64,000 nucleotides of DNA from Candidatus Bathyarchaeum tardum (GTDB taxonomy: Archaea > Thermoproteota > Bathyarchaeia > Bathyarchaeales > Bathyarchaeaceae), in the NCBI GenBank assembly GCA_024650005.2, contig CP122380.1:992001-1056000 (forward strand). The letters are read 5' to 3'. Shown here one piece after another: positions 10,275-20,519 of this stretch (its first letter is position 1; each line of letters starts with the position of its first letter). The position numbers and the translations under genes were made by a program. The notes beneath the pieces were generated by a model. It was given only the letters and a program-made list of their open reading frames with translations, did no database searches and was not told the DNA's origin.

Positions 10275-10783
10275 AACCGTTAGTTTTCAATTCTACCCCT
10301 CTGATTTACCTGTCTAAAGTAGGATTAAGCGGAATTATTGAAAATCTGCAAGGAGAAAAGATGACTTCTCTGCTGGTTAAAGCTGAAATTGTAGATAAAG
10401 GAAAACATAAAGGTGTTCCAGATGCGATTGTTCTGGAAAAGCTATTTGAAAACTGCGTTTTTAAACTTTGTAATCCCAAAGACAAATTATTCCTTTCACG
10501 TTTGTCCAAGACTCATGGGCTTCATGCCGCTGATGCTGAGATTTTAGCGCTTGCTAAAGAACATGCAGGACTAGCGGTCATCGATGATGAGGTGGCAAGA
10601 AAAACTGCTAAAGTTTACAGAATCAGTTTTGTAGGTACACCATATGTTTTAGCTAGGGCAGTTTTTGAAGGTCTCCTGTCAAAGGAGCAAGCAAAAGCGG
10701 CTTTTATGGGAATGATTTCTTCAGGTTGGCGGTGTAATGTGGAAACTTATTCCAAGATAATTGAGTTAATAGATAAAATGTAA
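10271..10783 (+). CDS. DUF3368 PIN-domain (VapC-like) toxin
   Basis: VFNSTPLIYL, LHAADAEILALA, VIDDEVAR, VGT. Confidence 0.88.
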   Translation: MKPLVFNSTPLIYLSKVGLSGIIENLQGEKMTSLLVKAEIVDKGKHKGVPDAIVLEKLFENCVFKLCNPKDKLFLSRLSKTHGLHAADAEILALAKEHAGLAVIDDEVARKTAKVYRISFVGTPYVLARAVFEGLLSKEQAKAAFMGMISSGWRCNVETYSKIIELIDKM

Positions 10784-10809
10784 TTAGTATATGATAGCAA
10801 ACAACAGAG

Positions 10810-11172
10810 GAGACATAGTGTTCGCTGAAAGGATATTTGTCAAAGGGCAAGAGTACCTTGCCGTCTTGAGATAATTTTTCCCATAAAACGTCAAGATTGT
10901 TCCGAGCGTTCTTGTCTATAGACGGATCAAAGTTAACGAAAAATGAGATCGACGGGTTAAGCTTGAAAAGTATGTCCTGCGCTTATGACCATAAATTGGT
11001 ATCCTGTTAGCTCGAAAGATGCGATGTCTGAATCTCCGGAAGGTGTGCCCTGAAGAGTTATGGTGTTTATGATTTTTGATTCAGGAAATAGAGAAATGTA
11101 AAACTTTGCTGCTTCCTTTGCTTCTTTGTCAAACCATAAGTGGGGAATAATTTTTTGTTTTTCTTCAGCCGT
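10810..11172 (-). pseudogene. VOC/PhnB (3-demethylubiquinone-9 methyltransferase-like) remnant
   Basis: [34 protein letters not shown], frameshift, [26 protein letters not shown], then truncated; ACG at the expected start. Confidence 0.85.
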
Positions 11173-11353
11173 ACGTAATCCTTCTCTTCGAAAACTAAAC
11201 TGGAACTAAGGAACTAGTGGATTTAATCATATGTGGTTGTGTGTCAGCAGTCACAAAATTTTATTAAACAATCTTAATGATACTATCATGTAATATGTTT
11301 AAATCAATACGTTTGAAAAAAGAACTTTGATGTAATTATTAATCTACTTAAAT

Positions 11354-11740
11354 TTGGATCTAATGAATCCATTTTCTTTGGAAGAGGTTATAAAAAAATT
11401 GAAGGACCTTTTAAATAAAAATGTGAAAAAAATCAAATTGCCGATCAAACAAATTGACCTTCAAGGGTATAAAATTGAAAAAGGAATTGGGTTTAAGAAA
11501 CAAGAAACTGAAACAACTAGAAAAGCTAAAACAAATGAAGAACGACCGCCTCGATTTCAGTTAATTATTGTTGGAAAACAAGACGAGGATGTTAAAGTAT
11601 TAGAAGTTAATAAAATTAATTTCGTTTATCTAAAAAATCTTTTAAACAGGGGAAAATCAATTTTTATGACACAAAGACAAACAGGTAATTATAACTCTGA
11701 AATATTCATTGAACCTCATGAATCTGATTTATGGTTTTAG
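11354..11740 (+). CDS. hypothetical protein
   Basis: 128-aa ORF, no recognised motif. Confidence 0.5.
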   Translation: MDLMNPFSLEEVIKKLKDLLNKNVKKIKLPIKQIDLQGYKIEKGIGFKKQETETTRKAKTNEERPPRFQLIIVGKQDEDVKVLEVNKINFVYLKNLLNRGKSIFMTQRQTGNYNSEIFIEPHESDLWF

Positions 11741-11833
11741 TTTTGCATTTTGCAAAAAAGCATTCTTTTTGTTTACTGGATGATCATTGAACCATTTCTT
11801 CCAAGGCATCAAACATTTTCCTTTTTCCAATTT

Positions 11834-12028
11834 TTAAGATTTTTTGCTTGGAGTATATTTGGTCTTTGGAAACTTAGTTTCTGTTTTTACCTTTTTTTCA
11901 GTATCACATCTTTGATTAATGAAAGCTTCAATCGAGCTTGATAGAAGCTCTTCAGTTGAAATTTCTAAAGTTTCCGTCAATCTTTTTATTTTTTTGTTTA
12001 ATTCTTCTGAAACTGATATGTCTCCCAA
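11834..12028 (-). CDS. small ribbon-helix-helix-like protein
   Basis: ISVSEELNKKIKRLTETLEISTEELLSSSIEAFI; GAGGAG SD. Confidence 0.55.
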   Translation of the reverse strand: MGDISVSEELNKKIKRLTETLEISTEELLSSSIEAFINQRCDTEKKVKTETKFPKTKYTPSKKS

Positions 12029-12193
12029 TACTATAGTCTCCTCAAAATTACCTATAAGTTCAATTTTTAATTATTCTTTAAAAAAAAATAAAAAAACCTG
12101 TGAGTGTATATTTGCAGTCGCATTGTATTAAATTGTTTTTTTGAGATACTATTTTCATCGGGTTTGGAATGAAAAACCTCTAAGTGACTGTAA

Positions 12194-12227
12194 GAAAACT
12201 CGATTTTGATCCTGTCAACGAGTTTTC
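12194..12227. promoter_or_regulatory. inverted repeat GAAAACTCG-N16-CGAGTTTTC upstream of hsp20
   Basis: Perfect 9-bp arms with inner TTGA/TCAA. Confidence 0.5.
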
Positions 12228-12256
12228 CACTTATTATATGAGAAGGAGGTGATATT

Positions 12257-12868
12257 TTGTCAGAAAAAGATGATTTATGGAGTGATTGGTTCAGGCAAAG
12301 AAGTTGGTGGCCGTTTACTCGGAGATGGATTTCAGATGATGTAAAAGGAGTTTTTGAGGAAATGGAGGACATAATGGTTAGTAGGTTCAAGGAACTTTCA
12401 GAAAATGCGCCGGAAAATCTTCTAAGGGAACGAACCCTTCCCGATGGAGGGAAAGTGAAAGAATGGGGACCGTTTGTTTATGGTTACAGCATGGTGGTTG
12501 ATGAAGATGGTAGACCGCAAATTAGGGAGTTTGGCAATTTACGGCCTAAGGCCGGTTTTCAAAGGGATAAGCTTGATGTTCAAGAAAAGCGGGAACCATT
12601 AGCTGACGTAATGGTTTCGGATGGTAAAGTACAAATTATAATTGAATTACCTGGGGTTTCAAAAGAAGACATTGATCTGAGGTTAACTCCTAATAGTTTA
12701 ACAATTGCTGTTGACACTCAACGGCGAAAATATTTTAGGAAACTAGAGATGCCTGTTAAAGTTGATCCGAAAACTGCCAAAACTAATTACATAAATGGTG
12801 TTCTGGAAATGAGCGTCAAAGAAACAAAAGAAAAGGAAATTGAAGGTGAAAAATTAGAAATTGAGTAA
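12257..12868 (+). CDS. hsp20: archaeal small heat shock protein Hsp20
   Basis: GPFVYGYS..GRPQIREFGN, EPLADV, ELPGV, YINGVLE; SD GGAGGTGA. Confidence 0.93.
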   Translation: MSEKDDLWSDWFRQRSWWPFTRRWISDDVKGVFEEMEDIMVSRFKELSENAPENLLRERTLPDGGKVKEWGPFVYGYSMVVDEDGRPQIREFGNLRPKAGFQRDKLDVQEKREPLADVMVSDGKVQIIIELPGVSKEDIDLRLTPNSLTIAVDTQRRKYFRKLEMPVKVDPKTAKTNYINGVLEMSVKETKEKEIEGEKLEIE

Positions 12869-13047
12869 TCTTTCCTCTTTTTATTGAAAAAAACTAAAGT
12901 TACCTGTGCTTGAAACGATAAACTAGACCAAGTGTTTCTTTGTCTAGATTTATTATGGTAACAGTCTGCAGTTTTCAAATTTTTAGTTGTATGTAGGTTC
13001 ATTATTGGTAAATCATTAAGAAAAAAGATTTGGGATTTGATGTTAAT

Positions 13048-13704
13048 ATGTTTAGTAGCCCCTTGTTTGAGAATCGAAATGAAGCAGGAAAAAAGTTAGC
13101 TCTTAAACTTGAAAAGTTCAAGAATAAACAAATAATCGTTTTGGGTATTCCCCGCGGTGGAGTTGTAATTGGTTACGAGATTGCCAAAAGCTTGCATGCT
13201 GCTTTGGATATTGTAGTTCCAAGAAAATTACGTGCTCCCTCTCGGCCTGAATTAGCAATCGGTGCAATAACTGAAGATGGAACTGTTATTTTAAATCAGC
13301 AACTCGTTAATTCTTTGAAAGTCTCTAACGCTTATATTGAAAAAGAAAGTGACCAGCAAAAGCTAGAGATTGAGCGCCGTTTGCATGCATATAAAGGAAA
13401 ACAAGAAATCGTTGATTTAACTGGATTAACGGTAATAGTAGTTGATGATGGGATAGCTACAGGTTCCACCATGAAAGCAGCTCTTGTTTCTGTTCGCAAA
13501 CGGGGCGCTGAATACGTTGTTTTAGCTGTTCCGGTTGCTTCTTTGAGTTCCATTAAAATGCTTGAAAATGATGCTGATGAAATATTTTATCTAGATGCTC
13601 CTCAAATATTCTATGCCATTGGTCAATTTTATCGCAATTTTGAGCAGGTCAATGACCACGAAGTAAAAAGACTTTTGGAAAAAAATAAAATGGAACTCAG
13701 TTAA
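13048..13704 (+). CDS. phosphoribosyltransferase (Rv0571c-like)
   Basis: FENRNEAG, LGIPRGG, ELAIGAI, VVDDGIATGSTM, AIGQFY. Confidence 0.9.
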   Translation: MFSSPLFENRNEAGKKLALKLEKFKNKQIIVLGIPRGGVVIGYEIAKSLHAALDIVVPRKLRAPSRPELAIGAITEDGTVILNQQLVNSLKVSNAYIEKESDQQKLEIERRLHAYKGKQEIVDLTGLTVIVVDDGIATGSTMKAALVSVRKRGAEYVVLAVPVASLSSIKMLENDADEIFYLDAPQIFYAIGQFYRNFEQVNDHEVKRLLEKNKMELS

Positions 13705-13728
13705 ATTTGACGGTCAGGGTGAATTAAT

Positions 13729-14376
13729 ATGTTCAAAGAAAATGAATATGTGAAAATTCCCCTAAATGAACTTGTGTTAGAAGGAAACCTGAATATTCCT
13801 CCAGGTGCAAAAGGGCTTGTTATTTTTGCCCATGGAAGTGGAAGCAGCAGATTTAGTCCAAGAAACAATTTTGTTGCACAAAAACTTCAATCTAACGGTC
13901 TGGCTACCTTGTTAATGGATTTATTGACTCAAGAAGAAGAAAAAGTGGATGTTAAAACTAGACAATTTAGGTTTAATATCAAACTTTTGTCTGAACGACT
14001 TGTTGGGGTCTTGCGTTGGGTTAAAAGTAACGAAAGTACTAAAAGCCTTAAAGTTGGCTATTTTGGTTCCAGTACTGGGGCTGCAGCTGCATTGATTGCA
14101 GCAGCGCTTGAAAAAAATGTGGATGCAATTGTTTCACGGGGTGGAAGAACTGATTTAGCAGGATCTTATTTGCCCCAAGTTGAAGCTCCCACTCTGCTGA
14201 TTGTTGGAAGCAATGATGTTGCAGTGCTGAATCTTAATATAGAAACATTGAACCAACTTAAAACTGAAAAGAAACTTGAAATTATTTCAGGCGCTTCCCA
14301 TCTTTTTGAAGAGCCTGGAACCCTTGAACAAGTAGCTGAACGTTCAGCTGATTGGTTCAAAACATATTTTGACTAA
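13729..14376 (+). CDS. dienelactone hydrolase-family alpha/beta hydrolase
   Basis: FAHGSGSSRFSPRN, GYFGSSTGAAAAL, SRGGR, GASHLFEEPG. Confidence 0.9.
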   Translation: MFKENEYVKIPLNELVLEGNLNIPPGAKGLVIFAHGSGSSRFSPRNNFVAQKLQSNGLATLLMDLLTQEEEKVDVKTRQFRFNIKLLSERLVGVLRWVKSNESTKSLKVGYFGSSTGAAAALIAAALEKNVDAIVSRGGRTDLAGSYLPQVEAPTLLIVGSNDVAVLNLNIETLNQLKTEKKLEIISGASHLFEEPGTLEQVAERSADWFKTYFD

Positions 14377-14456
14377 TCAAAATTTGTCGGTGTTTGTTGG
14401 AACAATATTTGGGAAGAAAAATTGAAAAAGCACCTAAACTAATTTTATAATGGGGA

Positions 14457-14624
14457 ATGATTTTGGGTAAATATTTTGTTAAAGACATGAAAGTTCACAA
14501 GTATCCGCCAAAATGTGAAGTTGAACGCATGGGTGAAAAGATTTACGGCTCCCCGCCCAAAGGGTACGTTAAATGTAAAAAATGTTTCGAGTTGTCTTTT
14601 GATTCAAATCTTATGAAAGAATAA
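14457..14624 (+). CDS. 55-aa putative zinc-binding microprotein
   Basis: MILGKYFVKDMKVHKYPPKCEVERMGEKIYGSPPKGYVKCKKCFELSFDSNLMKE (H, C, CxxC). Confidence 0.55.
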   Translation: MILGKYFVKDMKVHKYPPKCEVERMGEKIYGSPPKGYVKCKKCFELSFDSNLMKE

Positions 14625-14747
14625 CCATTTTTTATTCTACTGAATGTTAAGGCATCTAATAAGAAAAGTTTGATTATTTAGCAGGTTAACATAAGTGTTC
14701 ATAACAGTTTTAATTACAAAAAACTATAGTAATTCGGGGAAAAAATT

Positions 14748-15020
14748 TTGTCAATAGCTGAAATAAAAGTTATAGGTGTAGATGAAATTCGAACACATGC
14801 AATAGGGCAAAAAAATTCTATGTTAAAAGTTTATTTTGAGCTGTCAACACCTCCCACAACGGAATGGAAAACGTTTTTTGAAAAAAGAAACATTGGAAAA
14901 ATGGAAGTTGACGGAAGACACATCGTAGTTGAAGCTTTATCCAGTGAAATTCCTGAAAAAATGCTTGAAGCACAAATGGAAGTTGCAAAGACAAATCAAA
15001 AATTTCTTGAACATGTTTAG
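14748..15020 (+). CDS. hypothetical protein
   Basis: 90-aa ORF with FELSTPPTTEWKTFF. Confidence 0.6.
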   Translation: MSIAEIKVIGVDEIRTHAIGQKNSMLKVYFELSTPPTTEWKTFFEKRNIGKMEVDGRHIVVEALSSEIPEKMLEAQMEVAKTNQKFLEHV

Positions 15021-15248
15021 GTGATTTCAGTATTTCATAAAATATTTTGTTCAAGTAATCAGGATGGATAAACTTGGTTTTCAATTTTTGTTTGTCAATC
15101 CATTGAGGACCTGACAAGGTATACATAAAAGAATGTTATAACAAATCTCCATTTTTTCATTTGGTTGGGGGGTTAAAAATTGTGCTGATATTATGGTAAT
15201 TTAATGTGCGAAAAGTGCGTAGCTATGTTTTTGGTTTTTTGATTGTTA

Positions 15249-15473
15249 TCAGGTTTTTTTGTTTGATTTTCGTGAAATAAATGTAAGATATGATACTGAA
15301 ATTATCAAAAAACATGCGTCCAAAATGTTTGGAAATGACGGAAAATAAACCCATTGATTAAAAAAAGTGACAAACTTCAAAGCTATCCCGATTGTTCCAA
15401 AAAGCATTATGATCTGAACACAATCTTTTATCAGATCAGTCCAGTTTTCGTGTATCACGTTCATATCGTTCAC
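15249..15473 (-). CDS. small membrane protein
   Basis: Two hydrophobic helices. Confidence 0.45.
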   Translation of the reverse strand: MNDMNVIHENWTDLIKDCVQIIMLFGTIGIALKFVTFFNQWVYFPSFPNILDACFLIISVSYLTFISRKSNKKT

Positions 15474-15558
15474 TGGACTGATGTTTAGTTTTTTTTAAAT
15501 AATAAAATTATGAATAGAAAATATATAGTGAAAATTTATGTTTTTATTCAAACAAGCT

Positions 15559-16209
15559 TTAGTTTATTCTTTTAGCAGTTTCAATGACAATTCCGTTTTG
15601 GCTTAAACTGTACTCTAATCGTCGTGCAGGAACAATAGCACCTTGATTTTTTTTAACAAATAAATACCTAACATGAGAATTTCCCATCCACGACATATTA
15701 AATTCAATAACACCTTCTGCAAAATGCTTGATTGTACTATCAACTTTTTGGTCTTGCATTCCTTCAGTTAATAAAAGCATGTGAAATCTATTAGAGCCAT
15801 TATTTTTTAGGCACATTTGGGTAATTAAATCAATAACTGTTTCCAGTTTATGTTGCAAAATAAGCTCTGAAAGAGAATCAATAATTACAGTTCTTTGTTC
15901 ATCCATTTCACTAATAACTTTGTTTACTAAATTGTTCTCTTTATTGATTTGCAGATTTCTCCAACTTCCATTCTTTTCAAGTTGGTCAACATTAAAGCCG
16001 TAATCTAACATGTTTTTCTTAATATAATTACCATTTGAATTAACAGTAAAGTAAGAAATTTTGTCGTTTACAGCACAATTATAAGCAATTTGCCTAGCAA
16101 AAATTTCGGTTCCAGACCCGGGAATGCCAACAAGTAAAAAGACTGTTGGGGCCAAACCGCCTTTCAAGTACCAATCAAAACTTGTAATACCCGTCTTTAT
16201 AGCCTTCAT
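15559..16209 (-). CDS. KaiC/RAD55-like (FlaH-like) ATPase with degenerate Walker A
   Basis: IKTGITSFD..GG, GIPGSGTE (no Lys), IIDSLSEL, HFAEGVIEF. Confidence 0.8.
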   Translation of the reverse strand: MKAIKTGITSFDWYLKGGLAPTVFLLVGIPGSGTEIFARQIAYNCAVNDKISYFTVNSNGNYIKKNMLDYGFNVDQLEKNGSWRNLQINKENNLVNKVISEMDEQRTVIIDSLSELILQHKLETVIDLITQMCLKNNGSNRFHMLLLTEGMQDQKVDSTIKHFAEGVIEFNMSWMGNSHVRYLFVKKNQGAIVPARRLEYSLSQNGIVIETAKRIN

Positions 16210-16646
16210 CTCATTTCCCTTACTTGGAAATATCCATTGCATTCATTTAGACTTTTTAGATACAAGATAAGTAACATGGTCTCTGCCTTTTTTAATTCGT
16301 TGTCATATTAAATGCTTAGTTGATTTATCTTCAATATTTCTTTACTGAAAATATTTCCATTTTTTATATAGAACACAATTACATAAACAGCATCCTTGTG
16401 CTGTTAAATAGGACTTTTTGAGGCTTCTTATAATGTTAATCGTAATGAAGTAAAAGAGAAAAAATGCAATACACAATGTCGCCACAACTCAGCATTGGGC
16501 ATAGACCAAAAGAGCATCAATATAAATCGTCACCTAACACTCAATATCGGTCAAATATGCCGGAATATTCCCATAAAAGGATCTCGTGTTGACCCATTTT
16601 TCTCTTTTTTGTAAACGTTAAAAGAAACATTAAGGAGCTTACACAA

Positions 16647-18353
16647 TTGGATCGTGAAGATAAAACAAAGAGGTCACCCTCTGAAAAAGAGTTGGAAGCT
16701 TCAAAAATAACTAAAGTTAATTTTAAAAATATTGCTAATTTTATGTTGCAACTAAAAAATAGATTGAATCTTACTCCTAAGAAAAACATTGTAAAATCTA
16801 AATTTTATAAAAGAAAATCTTCAAAGATAGTTGCTTCAATTGAGGCAGATAATAATCTTGCAATTCAAGAGGGTACAAATCAAGACGATGTTGTTGAACA
16901 ATATGTTCTAAAAGAACCGTTTGTTTTTGTAAAAATTGTTAAAGAAAAACAAAGAGGCAACCTACTATACAAAATTGAAGAGCCTTCATTGAATGAAAAT
17001 GAAACTCTTGCATTAGCTCGTCTAAAACGAATACTAAACGAAGTTATTGAATTAAAACCCGATGAAATGAATTCAAAAGAAAATGCTGAAACTTACCTCA
17101 AAAAATTAGCCGCTGACATTTTAAATAATTATCATTTCAAAATTTCTGAAGAGCAAAAAGAAAAACTTCTTTACTACATAGTCAGAGACAATCTTGGTTT
17201 TGGAAAAATTGATCCTTTAATGCAAGATGATTTAATTGAAGACATTTCATGTGACGGCGTTAACGTTCCCCTCTATATATGGCACAGACAGTATGAATCA
17301 ATTGTTACTAACTTAAAATTTGATAATATTCCTGAACTAGATTTAATAGCCTTAAGATTAGCCTACATGTGTGGAAGTCATGTTTCAATAGCCCATCCCT
17401 TATTAGATGCTTCTTTACCTGATGGAAGCAGAATAAACTTAACTTTTGGAACAGAAATAACGCGAAAAGGTTCAACATTTACTATTCGAAAATTCAAAGA
17501 AGATCCTTTCACTATTAGTGATTTAATTGATTTTGGAACTTTATCAAAAGAAATGGCAGCCTATCTATGGTATGCTATTGAAAATCGAATATCTATCCTT
17601 GTTGCAGGAGGAATAGCAGCAGGAAAAACAACGTTGCTCAACTGTTTGAGCATGCTCATAAAACCGGACCTAAAAGTTGTGTCAATTGAAGACACTCCTG
17701 AATTAAACTTGCCTCATGAAAACTGGATTCCAGCAGCTACTAGAACCATTTTTGGCAACAAGGAATCTGAAGAAATTACTTTGTTTGATTTGCTAAAAGC
17801 ATCCCTAAGACAAAGGCCTGACTACATAATTGTAGGCGAAATTAGAGGTGAAGAAGCATACACGCTTTTCCAAGCAGTAAGCACAGGCCATCTAGGAATG
17901 TCAACAATACACGCAGAATCTGCCGAGTCTGCAGTTTACAGGCTTGAATCAGCCCCAATGAATATTCCCCGAACCCTAATAGCAGGTATTGACATAATTT
18001 TAGTTCAGAAAAAAGTTGAATTCAAAGGAAAACCTGTTCGAAAAACCGTGGCTGCAACAGAAATTGTAGGTCTAGATCCCCGTTCAGGTGAAATATTAAC
18101 CAACGAAACATATCAATGGAATCCTGTTGAAGACACTTTTGATTTTACTGGTCGAAGTTATATTCTTGAAAATATTGCTGAAAAAAAAGGAATAAAAATA
18201 GAACAAATCCAAGAAGAACTCCAAAACAGAGCAAAACTAATCGAGTGGATGCAAAAAAACCATATTCGAAGACACCGAGATGTGTCAGACATCATTCGTT
18301 ACTACATTTCAAAGCCAGAATTCTTTAAAAATGAGGTTTTAAAAAATGAATAA
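16647..18353 (+). CDS. type IV pilus assembly ATPase (VirB11/FlaI family)
   Basis: IEDISCDG, GGIAAGKTT, IEDTPEL, LRQRPDYIIVGEIRG, TGH. Confidence 0.95.
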   Translation: MDREDKTKRSPSEKELEASKITKVNFKNIANFMLQLKNRLNLTPKKNIVKSKFYKRKSSKIVASIEADNNLAIQEGTNQDDVVEQYVLKEPFVFVKIVKEKQRGNLLYKIEEPSLNENETLALARLKRILNEVIELKPDEMNSKENAETYLKKLAADILNNYHFKISEEQKEKLLYYIVRDNLGFGKIDPLMQDDLIEDISCDGVNVPLYIWHRQYESIVTNLKFDNIPELDLIALRLAYMCGSHVSIAHPLLDASLPDGSRINLTFGTEITRKGSTFTIRKFKEDPFTISDLIDFGTLSKEMAAYLWYAIENRISILVAGGIAAGKTTLLNCLSMLIKPDLKVVSIEDTPELNLPHENWIPAATRTIFGNKESEEITLFDLLKASLRQRPDYIIVGEIRGEEAYTLFQAVSTGHLGMSTIHAESAESAVYRLESAPMNIPRTLIAGIDIILVQKKVEFKGKPVRKTVAATEIVGLDPRSGEILTNETYQWNPVEDTFDFTGRSYILENIAEKKGIKIEQIQEELQNRAKLIEWMQKNHIRRHRDVSDIIRYYISKPEFFKNEVLKNE

Positions 18354-19224
18354 AAAATTTCTTTCTTTTTTGCTAACTTTGAATGAAAAACTTCCAAAGT
18401 TTTTAACCTCAAACCTAAATAGTTTGCAAAATGATTTGGCTAAAATTTCAAAAACTAGTTTTGAAGTTTATCTAGGTTTGCTTACATTTACAGTTCTAGT
18501 TGCAGGAATCACTACGTTTTCTGTTTCATTGATTATTATTGTATCGTTTTTATCTCTATTACAAGCATTGATTGTTTCAATTCTTCTAGGAATATGTGCA
18601 GGACTGATTTCCGTAGGTTCTTTCTATTTGTATGCAAACCTTAAGATTTATTCGACTGCCCGCAAGATTGATGTGAACCTTCCTTTGATCTCAAATTTTA
18701 TGGCAGTATTGGCAAATTCCGGGATGCCTCCCGAACGGATTTTGCGTTCCCTTGGCAATGTTGGAGATGAATTTGGAGTTGGTGAAGAAATCCGACGGGC
18801 AGTAGGAGATGTTGAACTTTTAGGAAAGGATCTAAAAGGTGCCCTAAGAAATGCTTCAGCAAGATCTTCTTCTTCAAAATTTGCATCGTTGCTTAACGGT
18901 GTAATTAGCACAGCCCATGTAGGGGGGGATTTAGACGCATTTTTAAGAGAAAAAGCAAACGTCTACATGAAAGCACGCAGGTTGTCAATGAAAAATTTCT
19001 TAGAGAATCTTAACAGCATTGCCGAAGTATATGTTAGTTTCATGATTGCTCTTCCCTTGACATTAATCATAATGCTTTCAGTAATGTCTTTTCTTGGAGG
19101 AGGAGTAGCTGTATTCGGAAACTTAGACCCATACATTCTCTTAATGATTTTAACTTTTATTATCACTCCTGCTGGGGTTTGCATACTCCTTCTAACAGTT
19201 GATTCCCTAACTCCGCCGAGGTGA
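18346..19224 (+). CDS. type II secretion system F (TadC/FlaJ-like) membrane platform protein
   Basis: TM helices with T2SSF core (MAVLANSGMPP, GGDL); overlaps ATPase. Confidence 0.88.
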   Translation: MNKKFLSFLLTLNEKLPKFLTSNLNSLQNDLAKISKTSFEVYLGLLTFTVLVAGITTFSVSLIIIVSFLSLLQALIVSILLGICAGLISVGSFYLYANLKIYSTARKIDVNLPLISNFMAVLANSGMPPERILRSLGNVGDEFGVGEEIRRAVGDVELLGKDLKGALRNASARSSSSKFASLLNGVISTAHVGGDLDAFLREKANVYMKARRLSMKNFLENLNSIAEVYVSFMIALPLTLIIMLSVMSFLGGGVAVFGNLDPYILLMILTFIITPAGVCILLLTVDSLTPPR

Positions 19225-19227
19225 ACT

Positions 19228-20088
19228 ATGTTGAGAAAAATTTCTTCCAAAATAAAAAAATTGACGTTTGCATTATCCGTTATAGTAGTCTTGGTTATTC
19301 TGGCATGGTCAGCAATTTTTGATGGCCAAATATTTTCTACTTACTCCAATGAAATTTTTCTTGTTTCCATTTTGATACTGTTAATACCTTCAGCGATATT
19401 GGATTATCATCATCAAAAATGGATAGACGGCATAGAAAACCAGATGCCGTTGCTGGTTCGAGGAATATCTGAATCTCAAGAAACTGGTTTAACAATCGTT
19501 AAAGCGTTTGAAAAAATTGCAGATAACAAACTAATAAGTGAACCATTAGCAAGTGAGGTAAAAAAAATTACTGTTCAAATGGCTTGGGGCACCTCATTTG
19601 AAGATGCGTTAATCAATTTTAAAGAAAGAGTAGGCTCCTCTATTGTAAATAGGTTCTGCGCCCTTGTTTTAGAAGCCAGCAATGCAGGAGGATCAATAAA
19701 AAAGGTTTTTACAGCAACTTCAGGTTTCATGGAAGAAATGAACGAAATGGACCGAGAAACTTCAACTCAGATGAAACCCTATATTCTTGTAATCTATGCC
19801 GCATTTGGGGTCTTTATTATAACTGCTGCTATTTTGGTGCAATCCTTTTTTTCCCCCCTTGAGGGTTTTCAAAGCATAATGAGTGATGTAGCAATAGGAA
19901 ATACCGATCAGTTTGCAGATTTCTTTTACAAAAACATGCTTGTTTCAGCAGTCTTTGGAGGTTTAATGGCTGGAAAACTAAGCACAAGAAGAATAATAGG
20001 TGGCCTTAAACATGGTGCTTTGCTCTCAGTTTTAGGCTATGCAATATTTTTGGTTTTAATTCCACCTACTTGGATGGTGTTAGCATGA
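19228..20088 (+). CDS. type II secretion system F (TadC-like) membrane platform protein
   Basis: IENQMP, QMAWGTSFEDAL, AGG, GLMAGK..GGLKH. Confidence 0.88.
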   Translation: MLRKISSKIKKLTFALSVIVVLVILAWSAIFDGQIFSTYSNEIFLVSILILLIPSAILDYHHQKWIDGIENQMPLLVRGISESQETGLTIVKAFEKIADNKLISEPLASEVKKITVQMAWGTSFEDALINFKERVGSSIVNRFCALVLEASNAGGSIKKVFTATSGFMEEMNEMDRETSTQMKPYILVIYAAFGVFIITAAILVQSFFSPLEGFQSIMSDVAIGNTDQFADFFYKNMLVSAVFGGLMAGKLSTRRIIGGLKHGALLSVLGYAIFLVLIPPTWMVLA

Positions 20089-20519
20089 TTCGTTTATTTA
20101 AAAACAAAAAAGCTGTTTCAAATGTTGTTTCAGCAATGATGATGGTTTTGATAGTAATGATTGGAATGAGTGGAGTATTCGCATATTTTGTAAATTACTC
20201 TCGAGACTATCAAATTGGAGCTGGAAGTTCTGTGTTGGAATCTATAACAGTTGAAGATGTTTGGTTTAGAACATTAAATTCAGAAACGGTTTGTGATATA
20301 TGGGTTTACAATTTCGGAAAAATTGATGTGACAATTTCTGATGTTTATGTTGAAAACGTAAGATTGGGCTTATCCGAGCGCCTAACTATTGAGGTTGGCG
20401 GTCACGGAAATATAATTTTGCAATCATCAAGCCTTACATTTGCTCAAGGCGAAAGTTACCTGTTCAAAATTGTAACCGAAAGAGGCACATCTTTTGAGGG
20501 GACCTACACATGGTGGTAA
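20085..20519 (+). CDS. archaeal type IV pilin
   Basis: Class III signal KKA/VSNVV plus hydrophobic helix; VYNFGKID, FKIVTERG. Confidence 0.85.
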   Translation: MIRLFKNKKAVSNVVSAMMMVLIVMIGMSGVFAYFVNYSRDYQIGAGSSVLESITVEDVWFRTLNSETVCDIWVYNFGKIDVTISDVYVENVRLGLSERLTIEVGGHGNIILQSSSLTFAQGESYLFKIVTERGTSFEGTYTWW

